Of a DNA stretch of 64,000 nucleotides, positions 33,621 through 48,850 are shown piece by piece. The stretch covers positions 24,552,001 through 24,616,000 of the forward strand of contig CM022671.1 of NCBI GenBank assembly GCA_012295275.1, in the 5' to 3' direction. This DNA is from Chrysomallon squamiferum (taxonomy: Eukaryota > Animalia > Mollusca). Below the pieces are notes generated by a model. It did no database searches, had not been told where the DNA came from, and saw only the letters and a program-made list of their open reading frames with translations. The stretch's first letter is position 1; every line of letters starts with the position of its first letter. Both the position numbers and the translations under genes were made by a program.

Positions 33621-36330
33621 TTAAATGTCAGTTACTCCATTTTTAAAATGATTTTCAATTTGCATTGGGTCGATGGGTCATTCAAAATATATTCATATCA
33701 TTGCTTGTGGTAGAAGTCAGTGCACGAATCTGCATATGCCAGAGCATTGCTCAAGTGATAATATCACTAGATTACATTATCATCACCATCATGTAGCTTC
33801 AGTCATGTTATTTATTTCAGCTGGGCCATTTTACATGTAGTGCTGACGTTCTTTTCTTAATGACCATATATAAGACATAATACCAAAACTTGACTGTACC
33901 TTCCTAATACATCTTCACACCCACAGACCACACTTAAACTAGTGTTGTGAAAAATAAGTGTGTGAATGTTGACCCATTGATCAAAATGCTTGCTCTTCTT
34001 TTTCTTATCTTTTTTGTATATTTTAGTTACTTTTTAATTTATTAATTAATTATTATTATTATTACTAATTTTTTTTTTTTTTTTTTTTTTTGTAAACAAT
34101 TTGCCTTCGAAAAACGGGCATTTACGTGCAAAAATTGTATATTATTAATACATTAGCCTTATTGAATAGGACAATAATTTTCTGAATTAGACTAATCAGC
34201 TTGGATTTTGCATATAAATACTTTAAACTTGCACTGTTGATTTGATGGGCACAGCTGACCCAGTAGTCAGTGTTTTTAAGTTGAGGAAAATAATTTTACA
34301 TTTGATTAGCTAATTAAATGGTGTTGTGTAATTTTCTTTTGACTTTGTTTTTAAAAACTCAAGTTGTTGACTTTATTATTTATTGAATTGCACAGATTGA
34401 CTAAGAGTTAATATTTGCATAGAAATAGATCAGCTCTGTTCTCGGCTAACTTTTAATGTACCTGACCAGTTTCATATACTCTGGGCTCACCTTGTATGAT
34501 GGATTTTTCAATTTTTTTTTTTTTTTTTTTCTGCAGATACTGTTATTTTCAGATTTGTTACAATAATTCAATAAGTACTAAATGACTGAACTTTGGGTGA
34601 GGGGGATTGTTACAAATGGCAGTTGATCTGTGAATGTGGCATTTCAGTTCAAAATAAAAATGTAGCAGAATATATACTGTTTATAGGTAGAAAACTTGAT
34701 CAGAAACTTCAAAAATAAATTTTATTTCTATCACGAATAATTTTGAAAAAATGTGTCCTTCCTTGCATGTTGTAGATAGAGTAAAAAGTTTTAAATTGCA
34801 AAGGTGAGATTTATTTGAGACTGACCGACATAACTTTCTTTCATCTGATGATTAAACCTTGATGATGTGAATTCCCAGATGGTATTGCTAACAAGGTGGG
34901 CTTCAGCAGTATTGTGCTGGTTGGTAAATAGAAAATTTATTGTATTATTGTTAGAACAGTTTAAAGCTTCACACACAAAATGTTCATATTTCCTTGTTCT
35001 AATTACAGCAAAACGGCATGGGGCTGTTTGGCTAACTAATGATTAGATTAGATTGTGTGATACGAAAAATAGGTTTAAAATAATAAGCTACTATGTGTTA
35101 GAGTAAGAGATGTTGTGAATTGTCTGCCTTCATTTATTAAATTTTTCTGTTGTGATTGGTTAAATTTGATTATTATTATTATTATTATTATGATTATTAT
35201 TATTATTATTGCTTGTATTGCATCACGTTATAGTTCCTTAGCACCTGTATTTACTGAATTTTGGGTCTTCACTTAAGTTGAGAATTTAAATTTACCTTGC
35301 AAAAATTATATCATTCACATAACTGAAATTTCAGTCTGGTTTAAAATATTTAGCATTCCACAAATTTCTTTTTGCTTATTAAAAAGATTATTTATATTTA
35401 TTTATTTTATTTTTAAGGCCTTTAATTTTAACAATGAATATGCAGTATTATATACATAGCACCATCAATGTTCATTTAAAACATTAAAACATTCATTCGG
35501 GTGCAAGAACAAACGTGCATAAATAAAAAAATAAAAAGAATTAGTATCATCATGGTGGTGTCATGATGCCTTTTCTGTGCTTATATAAATAATATGAAAA
35601 TACCAGACATTATTTTATCTTACAAAACGAGCATTTAGATGTCATTTTGACGTCCAATATTATTAACTGGATAAGAAGACATGCCTGTTTTAGCTGTTTC
35701 TGCTGACCAGACACAACAGGATAATACTCTTGCCGTATGCTAAACACCGCAGTGGTTTGTGTATGTGGTTATATTTAACCTGTGTTGAAAATTATATTGA
35801 TGTATATCTTGACTTATTTTATCATGCCCGATGCTGTGTGAATACGCTCGACTGCCATTTTACTGGGCTATGTATATCTTTGTTATCTTCGTTATTAAAG
35901 GCTTTGTTTTGAATTGTGCAAAAATCGTTATAGTTCATTACATATTTTTTTTAGTTCTTTTAAAAAAAAACAAATTTCAAAATTAGCCAGGTGATCAATG
36001 CAGTACAGTTCGTCTCATTTTTTCCACATAATATCTTCAGTAATAATAATAATAATAAAATTTTTGTTTTATGCTGTACTTAGCTAATTTAATCATGTTG
36101 GACCCGTTACCAGGGCTGCAAGAATTGTTAGAATCATATGTAGAAGACATCTATAAAAAAAAAAAGGAAAACAAGGTGTGTTGTAATTGTAATAAGCGGC
36201 ATGTAGAGGTACTGGTCTTCACTTGTATGTAAGTCCTTTACATGTGTAGAAACATTTAAAAATAGCTTTGGTTTTTAGATGTATTCAATACATGTCACAA
36301 ATAAATAAAAATTGTATGAAGCAAATCTTG
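33335..36330 (+). other. Probable long clathrin 3' UTR with several polyadenylation signals
   Basis: AATAAA near 34653, 34714, 35522 and 36300-36309, the last followed by a T-rich tract; CpG-poor sequence gives way to CpG-rich sequence at about 36500. Confidence 0.4.
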
Positions 36331-38706
36331 ACTTTTGTTCTCTTTATAATCTACATTATTTGATTACGTTTTTCTTTTAATTTTTAATTATTATTATTAT
36401 TTAAATCACCATCATCATCATACATAGTCTAGCATTTAGCAGAAATGAAAGTTTTATATAAACCTTCCCATGCAACGGAAACACCATGATACACCAGTGG
36501 CAGGATGCTGTGAAGTGGAAAATTGAGTAACACGGCGATCTGACGTCAGTTACTCGCTGATCTACGTGTTTCGATATTCAGCTTGGTCACTGACATTCAT
36601 TTATCTCAACGTTTAGTTCACAGCCTGTCTGAAAATAGCGGACGAGATAGCAATCTGAGATCAGCTTAGGAAATTACTTTTGTTTTCTTAGACAAAACGA
36701 TGTTCGTCAAAGAGGTCATACGTAGCGAAAAGCGGCACCGTGCCAAAATGTTGAAATGCGTCGTAGGATTTGACCACAGACAATAACGTTTTCTAAATCT
36801 AGAATTTTTTCCTTCGGGCCAGGTTGACTGAAGTGCCAAAGGTTGATCGATCGAAGCAGTTTCAGGATGATTGTACTGTAATGCAGAGACAGTGTTTGTT
36901 AAAGTTATTCATCGAATTTATTGTCTAGAGAGTAACGTTTAAAAGTTGTATTTCTGCTGGTATCTTTCGTTATTTATTTTATTCAACAATTAAAAGGATA
37001 CCATGCATCCTGATTTATGGGTGTCTAATTTAAATGGTCTAATAAAATCATTTTATACTTACAAATTATAATTGTTGTTTTAAGAAACAAAATAATAGTT
37101 ACAAAACATGAACGCCGCTATTCTACCTTTTCACATCTCTAATGGGACAGCAATAGAAAAGAAAAAATGATCAAATCGGTCTGCTCTATTTTTTTTTATT
37201 ATTAAAAAATAGTCAAATATCGAAAGTTAAACGGCAAAGATGAAATTAAACAGTTGATGTTTGCCTGACTTTAACGGCATCTAAGTTTTTGTCATTTTTC
37301 ATTTTCTTTTCTTTCTGCATTATATTTTATTTTATTTTGAAGTAAAGTCTTAAAGACCGTCTACTTCAGCGCATTGCAAGACGCCTCCATCTTTGTCAAC
37401 AATATTTATTAATCGTTTTACGTTAAATGTGATCACATTTCTGTATGCCTGACAGGTTATAATTACTAGAGATTGACTAGCGAGTGACCTCGCCCACCTC
37501 TGAATTTAATATTAATGTCGTTATTACTTGTCAGTGTCGAATAATTAAGTAATGACCTTCAGAAATCTTCTTGAGCTTAGTTGCAGTACGACCTCTTACA
37601 GCTTATAGTGCTGGTTTTACATGTGCATATGTTAGCTGTTTTTAACACATACAAGTATGTAGCATTCACGATACTGAATTATCTGAACATCCTTTTATTC
37701 ATAACCTTCTATCGTTGACAGTGTCCATTTAGCTTTGACACTCAATATTAATGAAATTTGTTTGCTGGGTATCGTCTGCGTTTTCTTCCACTAGAATGCG
37801 GTCTCACTGGCAGACGACATGAGTGACTAGTCATAGGGTTAATCCTCCATGCTGCTCCATGTCGGCAGTTACTTTCTCCAGCAAACAACACGCAACCAGA
37901 TTATCAAAGGTAAAAGTTTGTATATCCTTGTCTGTGGAAAACAGCGTACAAAATATATCTTTCTAATGAAAAATGTAGGTACAAAAGGCACCAGTCATTA
38001 TATGAAAACGAAAAAAAAAAAAAAAAAAATGTTTAAATAAACCTTTTCAACATTCCATTCAACCTTTCTATCTTTTTATCGTTCCTTCTTATCTTTGTCC
38101 GATTTCATCTATTTTTCTTAATTTATTTAAAATATTTTACCTTTATAAAATGTATAAAATAACGCAGTAACGACGACTATATACATTAACAGTTTCTAGA
38201 TTAAAATAAATAATGTTTACCTTTTGACAGGCAAACCTATAACGTAGTAACAACGAAGGTTTCTTTTTAAAAATGAATGAAATATAAATGTCTCTTAAGC
38301 ATACATCAATACATCTTATTATTACTGGTTATAAGGATAAACCTTTTGTTTAACGAGACAAAAATATGCTGTAGTTACCGTACATCTTTAATGACTATAA
38401 TTTTCTTATAACAGTGTTATCAATGTGAAACTTATGGTTGTTGTTGTTGTTATTATTATTATTATTATGTTTTTAATTAATTTTTTTTCTTATCTGCAAC
38501 TTCAGACATCTCTTTGTTCATTTATCAGATAGCATAGCTATTGTAAAGGATATTATTAACACTTACGTTATACGAATTATATCTTATCTCCGGAAGTGAC
38601 TTCCTTTTAGACGCAAATAATGGAAAAATTCACATTTTTGTGACTAAACAGCGACTGAGTCATTTTAAAGTGAGTTTTATTTTAAAATCATCACAATTTA
38701 TAACAA

Positions 38707-38708
<2 letters not shown>

Positions 38709-38774
<66 letters not shown>
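38709..38774. repeat. (GA)n microsatellite
   Basis: Direct reading. Confidence 0.95.
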
Positions 38775-38779
<5 letters not shown>

Positions 38780-39777
38780 AATAAAAATAATTTATCTAAG
38801 TACCAGTATAAAGAAATGACACATTTCTATCCACGAACAAAACAACAGTTTCAGACTTACACTCTATTCAATAGTAATTTTTTTGACAACTTTTTAATGC
38901 AAATTTATGCTGACGATGTAGGAGTAGTAACATGTGTAAGTCAGAGCTGGGGTCAAGCAACAGGTTTGTAGGTGCCTGATGTCGGCAATGTCTTAATCCA
39001 GCATGTCTATTCAACGTCGACGTTATCGAGAAAAGAGACAGTTTAAGCCAGAGGATTTGTCCATCGTCGACGACGTCGCAAAATGGTGGACAGAGACAGC
39101 GAAGTCAAAGCTGGTACAGTTCACCACGGTAATGCGAAATCCGAACTGGTATATGTTTCCAAGTCTTTCTTTCTTTTACAACTGTCCCGCCACCACGTTT
39201 AACTTTTAACGTAAAGTAACGTCCGAGATAAGAACAGTTATTGTAATGTCAGCCCCATTAGAAGTACAATAAACAGGTTGATTTTACATTTTAGTCGCTG
39301 ATACAAGTATAAAGGATAGATAGATCCCTTGTCTCTAATTGTTAAGAATATCTAAACAAGAATTTCTGGTTTGTTTTTTGTTTGGTGTTTTTTTTGTTTT
39401 TGTTTTTGTTATATTTATTATTACTGTATGTGTGAATGTGTGTGTGTTTTTATATGTACACACGACGATAATTCATAAAGACTGTATACCACTAATACTG
39501 ATGCAGTGGCATATTAAAGAATAAAGAAATGAAGAAACAAAAAAATTGAATAAAAAAATAAGTACATTCGTATACAAAAGCAACCCACGCACATACACTG
39601 ACAAAGAGAAGCAATCACATCTTGTACAGCAAGGTTAAGGCAAAGGTAACGTATTTTATTATTTTCACTGAAATCTGGAAACTATTTCCTTTAAGTGTTA
39701 TTCAGTTTGTCTGAGTAGACGAGTACAAAGGAAATTACCACTTGAACTACGCAATTCAAAACAAAGCTCAATTTTGT

Positions 39778-39825
<48 letters not shown>

Positions 39826-41673
39826 TTATTATTATTATTATTTTTTTTTTTTTCAGATAATTTATTTGCAGTGAACAATATGCGTACATATATTTCAGAA
39901 TTTTTCTTTGTTTGAATTGGAAATAATTACAAATCAGTTATGAATGGATTCTTCCTGTTTCTCAGATATATATTTTTAATTGTTCGTTTACAATTTATAT
40001 TAATAAATGTTTCTTGCTTTATTTCTCTCCCCAATTTTTCTCTTGACCTTTTGAAACGAGATATTTAATTATTTCTGGAATTTAAATACGTCATCGCTGT
40101 TAAACAGTTTTAATTGCGTGTGTCTACTACAACGGGGGCGGGACTGAATAAATACTCTGGTGGTGGTGGGTTTTGTTTTGGCCCACCCCCTCTCTCAGGT
40201 AAATTATCAGGAAAAAAAATAAAATAATAATAACAAGTGCAGGTTAAATGACAGGTCAAATGAACATTTTTTCAAACTATAAGATGTTGTATTTATTTAT
40301 TTATGTATGTATGTATGTATTTATTTATTTATTTATTTATTCATCCATTCATTCATTCATTCATGAAACATTAGTCATAACAGCGACTGTCTGTGACATA
40401 ATAAAGAAAAGAAGAGGAAGAAGAAGAAGGAAAAAACATCATACAGTACTCGACAGCAGTTATTAACGAGACACATTTTTAATGGTCTGGACATCTGTAT
40501 ATTAATTAACACGCCACTGGTCCTTTGTCCATTAATTTGCAGACGATAGCTAGCGGTTCTCCTGGGCTTACTCTGTATACACTGAGACAATAACGAGCTC
40601 TCCTTAATGACTGGACGAGTGTTCAAACGATCATTTCCTGGAAGAGTTTCATTGTGTGAACATGATTTAGCACTGATAATAGATTATAATCTTTTCTTTA
40701 TGGACGATTCAGCTGAAAAATATTTTGGCATCATCGCTTTACAAATTAATGTTTTTACAGTTGACTTCTTTCTTCATCGTTTTTTTTATTGGTGTGGATG
40801 GTGGTGGTGGGGGAACATTTTTTATTGACGCCATTTTGATGAGCTTAATACAATGATGATGATGATGATGATGATACTACTATTAGTACTACTACTACTA
40901 TTAATAATAATAATTTCCCGTTCCAGCTGACGTTCCAAGACTGGTAATCGTTTTTCAGCCTCTTGGAAAATATATACAAGACGTATGGTGTTTCTAAAAC
41001 TACCCTACTGAAATGGCGACAGCGGGTTTCGACTCTCTTTCTCTGTATGTTCCTTAAAAACATGTATAAAGCCATAAAACTGTTGAATTAAACATTTCAC
41101 ATATTATCATCGTATGGAGTTATCATTTCTAAGATGAGACAGATTTTCTCCTAAGATGTAATTATTATTCTTTACTGAATAATATGACTAATGTAAATCG
41201 TGGAAATGTGTTTTTTGTTGAGTTACTTGCAGAAATGATGAGAAAAGAATGAATCATACGAGTAATACAATTTTTCCTGAAGCTTGTTCACGTCGCGTGC
41301 CTGGATCTCATTATTCCTGTAATTTAGAACCGACGACGAAGAGAATTGAGACTGGCAGACGATACAATAAGATTATTTTTTCTTAATTACTTATCATCAT
41401 CATCATCATCATCAATGTCGTCATTATCAAAACCCATCACCATAATTCAATCATTCATTCATTATTATCGTCTCAGTCATCATTCATTGTATCATTATCA
41501 TCAGCAGCATCATCTCCATCATTCATTCATTCATTCATTTATAATAATAATAATAATAATCATTATGTTTGTTTCAGCAGCAGTGCAGTAGTAGCTGCAA
41601 AAGCAGTAAAATAACTAATGGTTATTGTTTGTAACTGTAATAGTAATAGTTGACCAAACAAAATGAAACATTT

Positions 41674-41706
<33 letters not shown>

Positions 41707-41813
41707 ACACAGAAAATATCAAAACAAAACAAAACAACTCACCCTCCAAACAAACAAAACAAAAAAATATTAATAATAATGTTAATAATAAAATAAAATT
41801 AAAAAAAAAAAAA

Positions 41814-41855
<42 letters not shown>

Positions 41856-44564
41856 ATTAAAAAAAGAGAAAAAAACCAAGAAAAAAAACCCAAACAAAAA
41901 CAGTCTGATTCATGCAAAGAAAATCGCTCATAATGAAACATATTGAAATTCAGAGGAAACAGGGTTCAGAAAACTTCAGATGTAATAAAAGCTCTCCTGG
42001 AAAAACGACATAAAAAGACGTTACTAATAGCATTTCGACGGAAATATTATTTCAAGCAATTAAATTTTCTGCGCCTTTAGCGCATCCACTCAGCCATTAA
42101 CAGAATCTTTGAACTCGTGTGAACAACACCATGGGGGCGGAACCGAAGAAGACAAAGAATGAAACTAACATGAATATTTCATGGTACAGAAATATCTGAA
42201 CTCTGTCCAAATTGTCGAGTATCCTCAGGCAGATCCATAGAAATAATTTCAGTGATGGGCATATTTGTATTTCCCTTGTTGATATGCCGGTTGTTAATAA
42301 GAATTTGATCACTGTCATTAAAATGGTTATCTTTATTAAATGAATGATTCTTAAAAATTAATGGAACTTATTTACAGAAGAGTAGAGAGAAAGACGACCA
42401 AAAACAGCTTTTTGGGACGGAACTTTTTTACTTGAATAAATTACTTATTTACATACATACATACATACATACACACATACATACATACATACATACACAC
42501 ATACATACATATCTATATGCATACCTACATACAAACATACAAATACAGTTCACAGTTACTTCTTCAGTATTTAATTGCTGGTTTAAATCTTAAAAGATCA
42601 TTTTGAAAACATTTTTCATAACAAAACAACAAATAAAAAAATATTTTTAGAAATGATAATTACTTTCAATGAATAGTTTTTGAAGTCGAGAGCAAACATA
42701 ACTTAGTAAGTTAGGGTGGAAAAATAAATTATCTGTGAAGAGCGAAATAAACGTTAATTCTTCTTTTCTCACACTATTTTCCATGATTTAACACCGGAAA
42801 GAATGTTCAGTACTTTGATACAGTACCGTTCTGTAACCCAACTGTCATAACACAATGACGCCGAATTTCAATCAAGTAGAATTAATGCATTTTCTGCTTC
42901 CTGATCTGTATAAACATGACGATAAATTCAGTACGAGTGTTTTCCTTTATCTCTAACCAGTTTGAAACTTTGTATGAGGGGCCTATCGTTTTGGGACTAA
43001 TATTTGGTGCGGAACTGATTTATAGTATTAGACTGTTAATCGCATTATTAACATTTGTAACTCTAACATATTAAAACGACACTTAACTTTTTTTTTTTTC
43101 TTTTACTTAATTTCTTTCTTTTATTATTATTATTTATTTTATTTTCCTTCGGATTAAAAAAAAAAAAAAGAGTAATAATAATAATTTTTAAATCTGTCTG
43201 TGTTTCAAGAACGTTTTTTTTTTTAAATTTACGTGGCTCAGAACTGGTAATTTATATGAAAAAAAGACGGTTAGATTTTTTAAAAATATTTCTTGTTTTA
43301 TGCGTAGCAACCACATAATTTCTGTTTTATTATAATATTTATTACATCTTCATAAAAATACACATTTTCAAGAAATTTTTGGAACCACGACTCTATATAA
43401 ATCAATATATCACATCTTTACATGACAGTTGCTTATAATCACTGAGAAGTTAAAACATCTGCTCAAGCTATCCCTGACGCCACCATTGTCAAAGGTTTCC
43501 CGTTTCTTAATGCGAAAATCAATTTGTGAATCTTCATATGATTACTGCATTGTTGTCGCAGTTTATGGAAGGAACTCGTTTAAATAAAACTAACGTACAA
43601 CAAAAGTAAAGTCCACTTTAGAAAACTGCTCGCTTTTTATCTACATACCTGCAAGTTTTCATTATTCGGCAAAAACAGATGCACTGTATTGCTAGGTATG
43701 TTTGATTTTATTAAATTATTAATTAATTATTGTTATTATTATTATTATTAATATATTTGTTTATTAAACACCATTCTTTCGGTACAATAACTTTATTACA
43801 CTCAACAAAAGGAATCAAATAGGTCTTCAAGAATTTCAAAATTTATAATTATTATTATTATTATTGATAGTAGTAGAAGTAGTAGTAGTAGTATTATAGT
43901 AGTAGTAGTAGTTGGACAAAAAGGAAAACACTGAATAAAGAGCTAACTAATTCACTGCTGTTACCTAATAAAAAGTAAACACAATAAAATGTTTACCAGT
44001 TCTGATCAGAAGGTCTAGTTTCGTACTGTAAACTATTTTATCATTGCTTTTATGAATATGAGTGACCACCTGTTATAATTTTGACCGAATTGGTGGTATG
44101 TAAGCAACCGTCAACAGGACCTTACGATGGCCAGAGTGGCACTCGGGGGTCAAGTCGGTCCTTTTACACGTCAGACCCAGATTTTGACGCAACTTGCGAA
44201 TAAGCGGCCTTCATAAATAAAGATCGCCTATGTCAAAGAAGAGTGTACATAAACAACAGGTACAGATAAATTAATGTATACTTGTCAAAGCTAACGCTGT
44301 GGCGTGAACTAACATGAGTGGCCGTTCTGTTGACTGGACTGTTTACCTCACGTAGTTTGACCATTACGTGTACATTGCTGCATTGTTTAAATTATGTAAT
44401 GTTGAAAAATATATTTCGTTTGAAACTGATATGCTGAGTGTAGGCAATTAAAATTTATCATGGATTTCTGTGGAGTCGGCCTAAAAATATTCTTTTCTTG
44501 TTAAAATCATATTATATATATATATATATATATATTAATTTATTATTATTATTATTATTATTAT

Positions 44565-44567
<3 letters not shown>

Positions 44568-44615
<48 letters not shown>
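44568..44615. repeat. (GA)n microsatellite, preceded by (TA)n and (TTA)n
   Basis: Direct reading. Confidence 0.95.
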
Positions 44616-44618
<3 letters not shown>

Positions 44619-45309
44619 TTTATTATTGTTATTTGTTTTATTAATAAGAAGCATGTTAGATTTTATTTCTCTTATATATATACTTCTAGATTTAATTTCA
44701 TTTTAATTAATTTCCCTATTTTCTTGTTTCATTGTCTAGATGGTTTCCGCAGACCACCGTGAAAAAGCACTGGACCCGCTAACAGGGTAATAGCGACATT
44801 ATTTTTAGAGATTTCAACCAAATTAGAGGGGAAAAAAAAAAAAGAAGAAAAAAATATAAGAAAGAAAAACAAATCATCAAGTAAATTGATGGATAAATAC
44901 ATAAATAGTAGGCTAACTAGTGCAGTCACTTGTAAAATTCAGTCACCCGAGAAATGATACTGACTCGAAGACCGTATTTCATGCAAACGTTTAAGAATGC
45001 ACCCTGTGACTTGGTTTTCCGTTCTGTTGTCTTCCATTGTATTTATTAAATAGAACTGATACATGAAAAGAAAAAAAAAAAGGATATTCTTATAACAATA
45101 GAACAGTAAATCATTAGATGATTAAAGTTTTATATACATTTACTCGAGTGGAAAATATTCAGTACTTTTTTTTTTTTTTTAATGTTTTTAATACGCCTTT
45201 ATTAATGTCGTCCAGAAATCGTAAATTTCATGTATTTTATTACTAATCGTGGGGTCAGTGGATAAATAAAAAATGGTATTAAAAAACAATAAACAAATAT
45301 GAATAAATA

Positions 45310-45359
<50 letters not shown>

Positions 45360-45469
45360 CAAAACGTTTTAAATTCAAAACAACACTTTCTTGGACCAAG
45401 TCGTATGGCAAATGGCAAGGAAAAAACACATTATTTTAAGTGAATGAATAATATAAAAAAAAAAAAAAA

Positions 45470-45690
45470 AAAATGGATTTCATTTTAACTAAGCGAATGA
45501 ACAGTATAAAACGTAACAAAATGGACTTCATTTTAACTCAGTGAATGAACAGAACAAAACGTAACAAAATGGACTTCATTTTAACTCAGTGAATGATTAG
45601 CAGCACAAAACGTGTAAATGTGGACACTAACGACCAAGCGAGTGGAGACGATAGAACGTGACAAAACCGACTGTATTTTAACTAAGCTGT
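45470..45690. repeat. 48-bp tandem repeat, about 2.7 good copies plus degenerate copies
   Basis: Unit ATGGACTTCATTTTAACTCAGTGAATGAACAGAACAAAACGTAACAAA starts at 45473, 45521 and 45569. Confidence 0.9.
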
Positions 45691-46053
45691 TACGCCATGG
45701 ACATCAAAGAGAGAAATGTGATAACACGCCCTTTAATTAATGCATCAAATCTAATCGCTTGTGAAACACAGCTAATTATCTCCACATTTTCTAATCCAGA
45801 CATCCCCGGGGATTAATTCACTCCGTGGGTTTCATCTGCCATCTGGTCACTCTGTAAATTGAAATCTAGTAGTGCACCGGACGACTCGTAGACCGAGTGT
45901 TGCACGTTTATTTATGTGTTACAGGAAGACATCTTTTTTACGTATGTACGTGTGTGTGTGTGTATGGACGGATGGATGTGTGTGTATGTATGTATGTATG
46001 TCTATATGTATGTATGTATGTTGTGTGTTGTGTGTGTATGTGTGTATGTGTGA

Positions 46054-46092
<39 letters not shown>

Positions 46093-46765
46093 TTTATTTA
46101 TGTTTGTGTGTATATTTGATATATGTCATTCCATGAATATGCGCATGTAGATTGAAATTTCTTCCAGAACAACAACACAACGAAAACTAACAACGTTGCA
46201 ATATCTAACTAATGTATTCAACTTCACATACAAATCAGGTGACATTATCACTCGTTAAATTACACCAAACCATTTGATTAACGGTTTTATTCCGAGTTCA
46301 CAAATTTTCAGTTTGAAAGATTATATCATTGTGTCCAGTTTTTACAAACCATTTATAAAAATGTAATATAAATCATGTCTGTTTAATTTATGCTGTCTAT
46401 GGTTTCTATAAAAATTTAAATTTCCAGGAGCTGAATATTAATGATTCAATAATTTACGTGTTACATGGTTAATAAATTATCATCTGGTTTTGTTAGAAAT
46501 GTCATCGCTCAGTATTTATGTCTATCGTCTGCCGTGGCTAATTATTTTTCCTATTCATCCACATTTCTTTAAAATATGAAGGTATGACAAGAACGCCAAA
46601 AATTAGTGATTTTTTATTTTTTATTTTTTTATTAACTCTATTTTTATATGAAAGAAACAGACCAAGCAAAAAGTCGATTACACTTTTCTTTCCTTTGTTT
46701 TAAAAATTTTGAGTGCCTTCTTACGGATTTATCTTCAAAATAGCTGCCTGACAAGTTTGTTTTGC

Positions 46766-46801
<36 letters not shown>

Positions 46802-47534
46802 ACACACCCACACCCACACCCACACACAATATCATCATAATCGCAGACCTTGTGATCAACACATTATCCTTGTAGGCATCATCATCTTTGTCATCGTCAT
46901 TATTTTTGTTTCTTATTATCAAGTCCCTCTTCCCGAGCATTAATAATAATTTTGCAGCTCTTCATCCACATCACCATTCAGTCTTCGACACTTCGTTTAA
47001 ATTAATAATGTCAAAGACGATCAGTTTATTAAAATCTGACAATGCCCACAGAAATTCAGCAGAGTATGACCCTCTGTCAAAATGTTGTTCTCGTTGATGT
47101 CTCGCGCAGTGATTTCTGTTGATATAACATTAACCCGATCTCAAATGAAATCGACGGCGTTCTTAGATTTCGTTACCGGAGATAACGGGGGTAAGTGATA
47201 ACCTTGTCTGACCACGCTATTAAGGCGCATTAAGACATCTGACACAATGATTGAATCGTGTTTTGTGTGACCATTCCTCTTTAGGAGAAGATGAACGTTA
47301 TCCACTTGGCTGCCGTTCAATGGGAAAACAACCAAATAAAAGATATTGAGTGGAGAAATCTAACACATTAAAAGATTACGCGGTTCAGTAATCTAAAGTT
47401 TTAAGATGCTTTGTCAACTGAAGCATTTGTCGTAAGAAAATTATTGTTTTTCGTTGGAAGCTTACTGTGCTGTATGATTGAATTCATGTTTTGTGTTTTT
47501 CTTCGTGTAATTGTGTGACTGCTGTCTTCTTTCT

Positions 47535-47535
<1 letters not shown>

Positions 47536-47599
<64 letters not shown>
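47536..47599. repeat. (AG)n microsatellite
   Basis: Direct reading. Confidence 0.95.
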
Positions 47600-47602
<3 letters not shown>

Positions 47603-48369
47603 TGTTGATAGATAGGTAGATAAAGAGACTAGATAAACAGATGTACTGCCTGAAAAAGAAAGAAAGAAATAGTTAAAAATAGATAGTAATATAAACAGAC
47701 ACAGAGAGCGATATACAGACAGACTGACAGATAGAGAGAAAGGGGATGGGAAATTACAAATGTATATTTATTGAAAAACAAATTTATATTAAAATTCAAG
47801 GATAATAAGAATAAAAAGAAGAATTAGTAATAAGGAGACAGAAAATAGAGAGAGAGAAATAAGAGAGAACTGAAGCCAAAAAATAAAAAATAAAAAATAA
47901 AAAATAACCATCAGAAAGAAAAAATAAACAATTAGAACAGAAAATATAACATTAACTTAAAATTGTTTCTAAAAACAGACAACGTGAAATTAAATTATCA
48001 AGTGTTTTGTAAATTATTTCCATAATCGTTTGCAAGTTCGTCTGTAGGAGATCCGAGTTCATTTCACCTCGAGCAGACTTCAAAATGGTTTTTCCTTTAA
48101 CGTGGCTGCGCCGTTATTAATAATAATCAGAACCTCTAATCGTGCTCCTTGGCGCCACCTCGGTATTAGTGTTCGGTCTACGTGTTCACTCATTGTGTGA
48201 TTCCGCTGCTTTCAAATTGATCGGGTTTTGGGGGGGTCGTGTCATAACATAATACTGCCGTAATTGTCCATAGGATTATTCACAAGTGTTTGTAGTCGGG
48301 GATTTGATAAACTGCGGATGAACAGCAAATGCTAAAATTAAAATATTCAGTGTCACTGAGGTCAATGAC

Positions 48370-48850
48370 TGACTCCAGCTAATGTTATGTCCGTAAGAAG
48401 GTAATAATCATTCATTGAGGATAATGTATGCCCGTAGTATTTTAATAATTATTCACTGAGGATAATGTATGCCCGTAGTATTTTAATAATTATTCACTGA
48501 GGATAATGTATGGCCGTAGTATTTTAATAATTATTTTCTGAGGATAATTTATGCCCGTAGTATTTTAATAATTATTTACTGAGGATAATTTATGGCCGTA
48601 GTATTTTAATAATTATTCACTGAGGATAATTTATGCTCGTAGTATTTTAATAATTATTCACTGAGGATAATTTATGCTCGTAGCATTTTAATAATTATTC
48701 ACTGAGGATAACTCGTGTCCGTACGAATATGATAGTTATTCAGAGAGAATTAACATACCTAATGTCCGTAGTATGTTAAAAGACATTCATTGGGGATATT
48801 TTATGTCCGTAAATGTGTAATGGTTATTAAATGTTGATAACTCCTATCCT
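48370..48850. repeat. 41-bp minisatellite, 7 near-perfect copies with degenerate flanks
   Basis: Unit TTCACTGAGGATAATGTATGCCCGTAGTATTTTAATAATTA at 48411, 48452, 48493, 48534, 48575, 48616, 48657, partial at 48698. Confidence 0.95.

Noticed and set aside
48411-48720. CRISPR-like periodicity
   Set aside because: Contiguous units without unique spacers, eukaryotic context, no cas genes.
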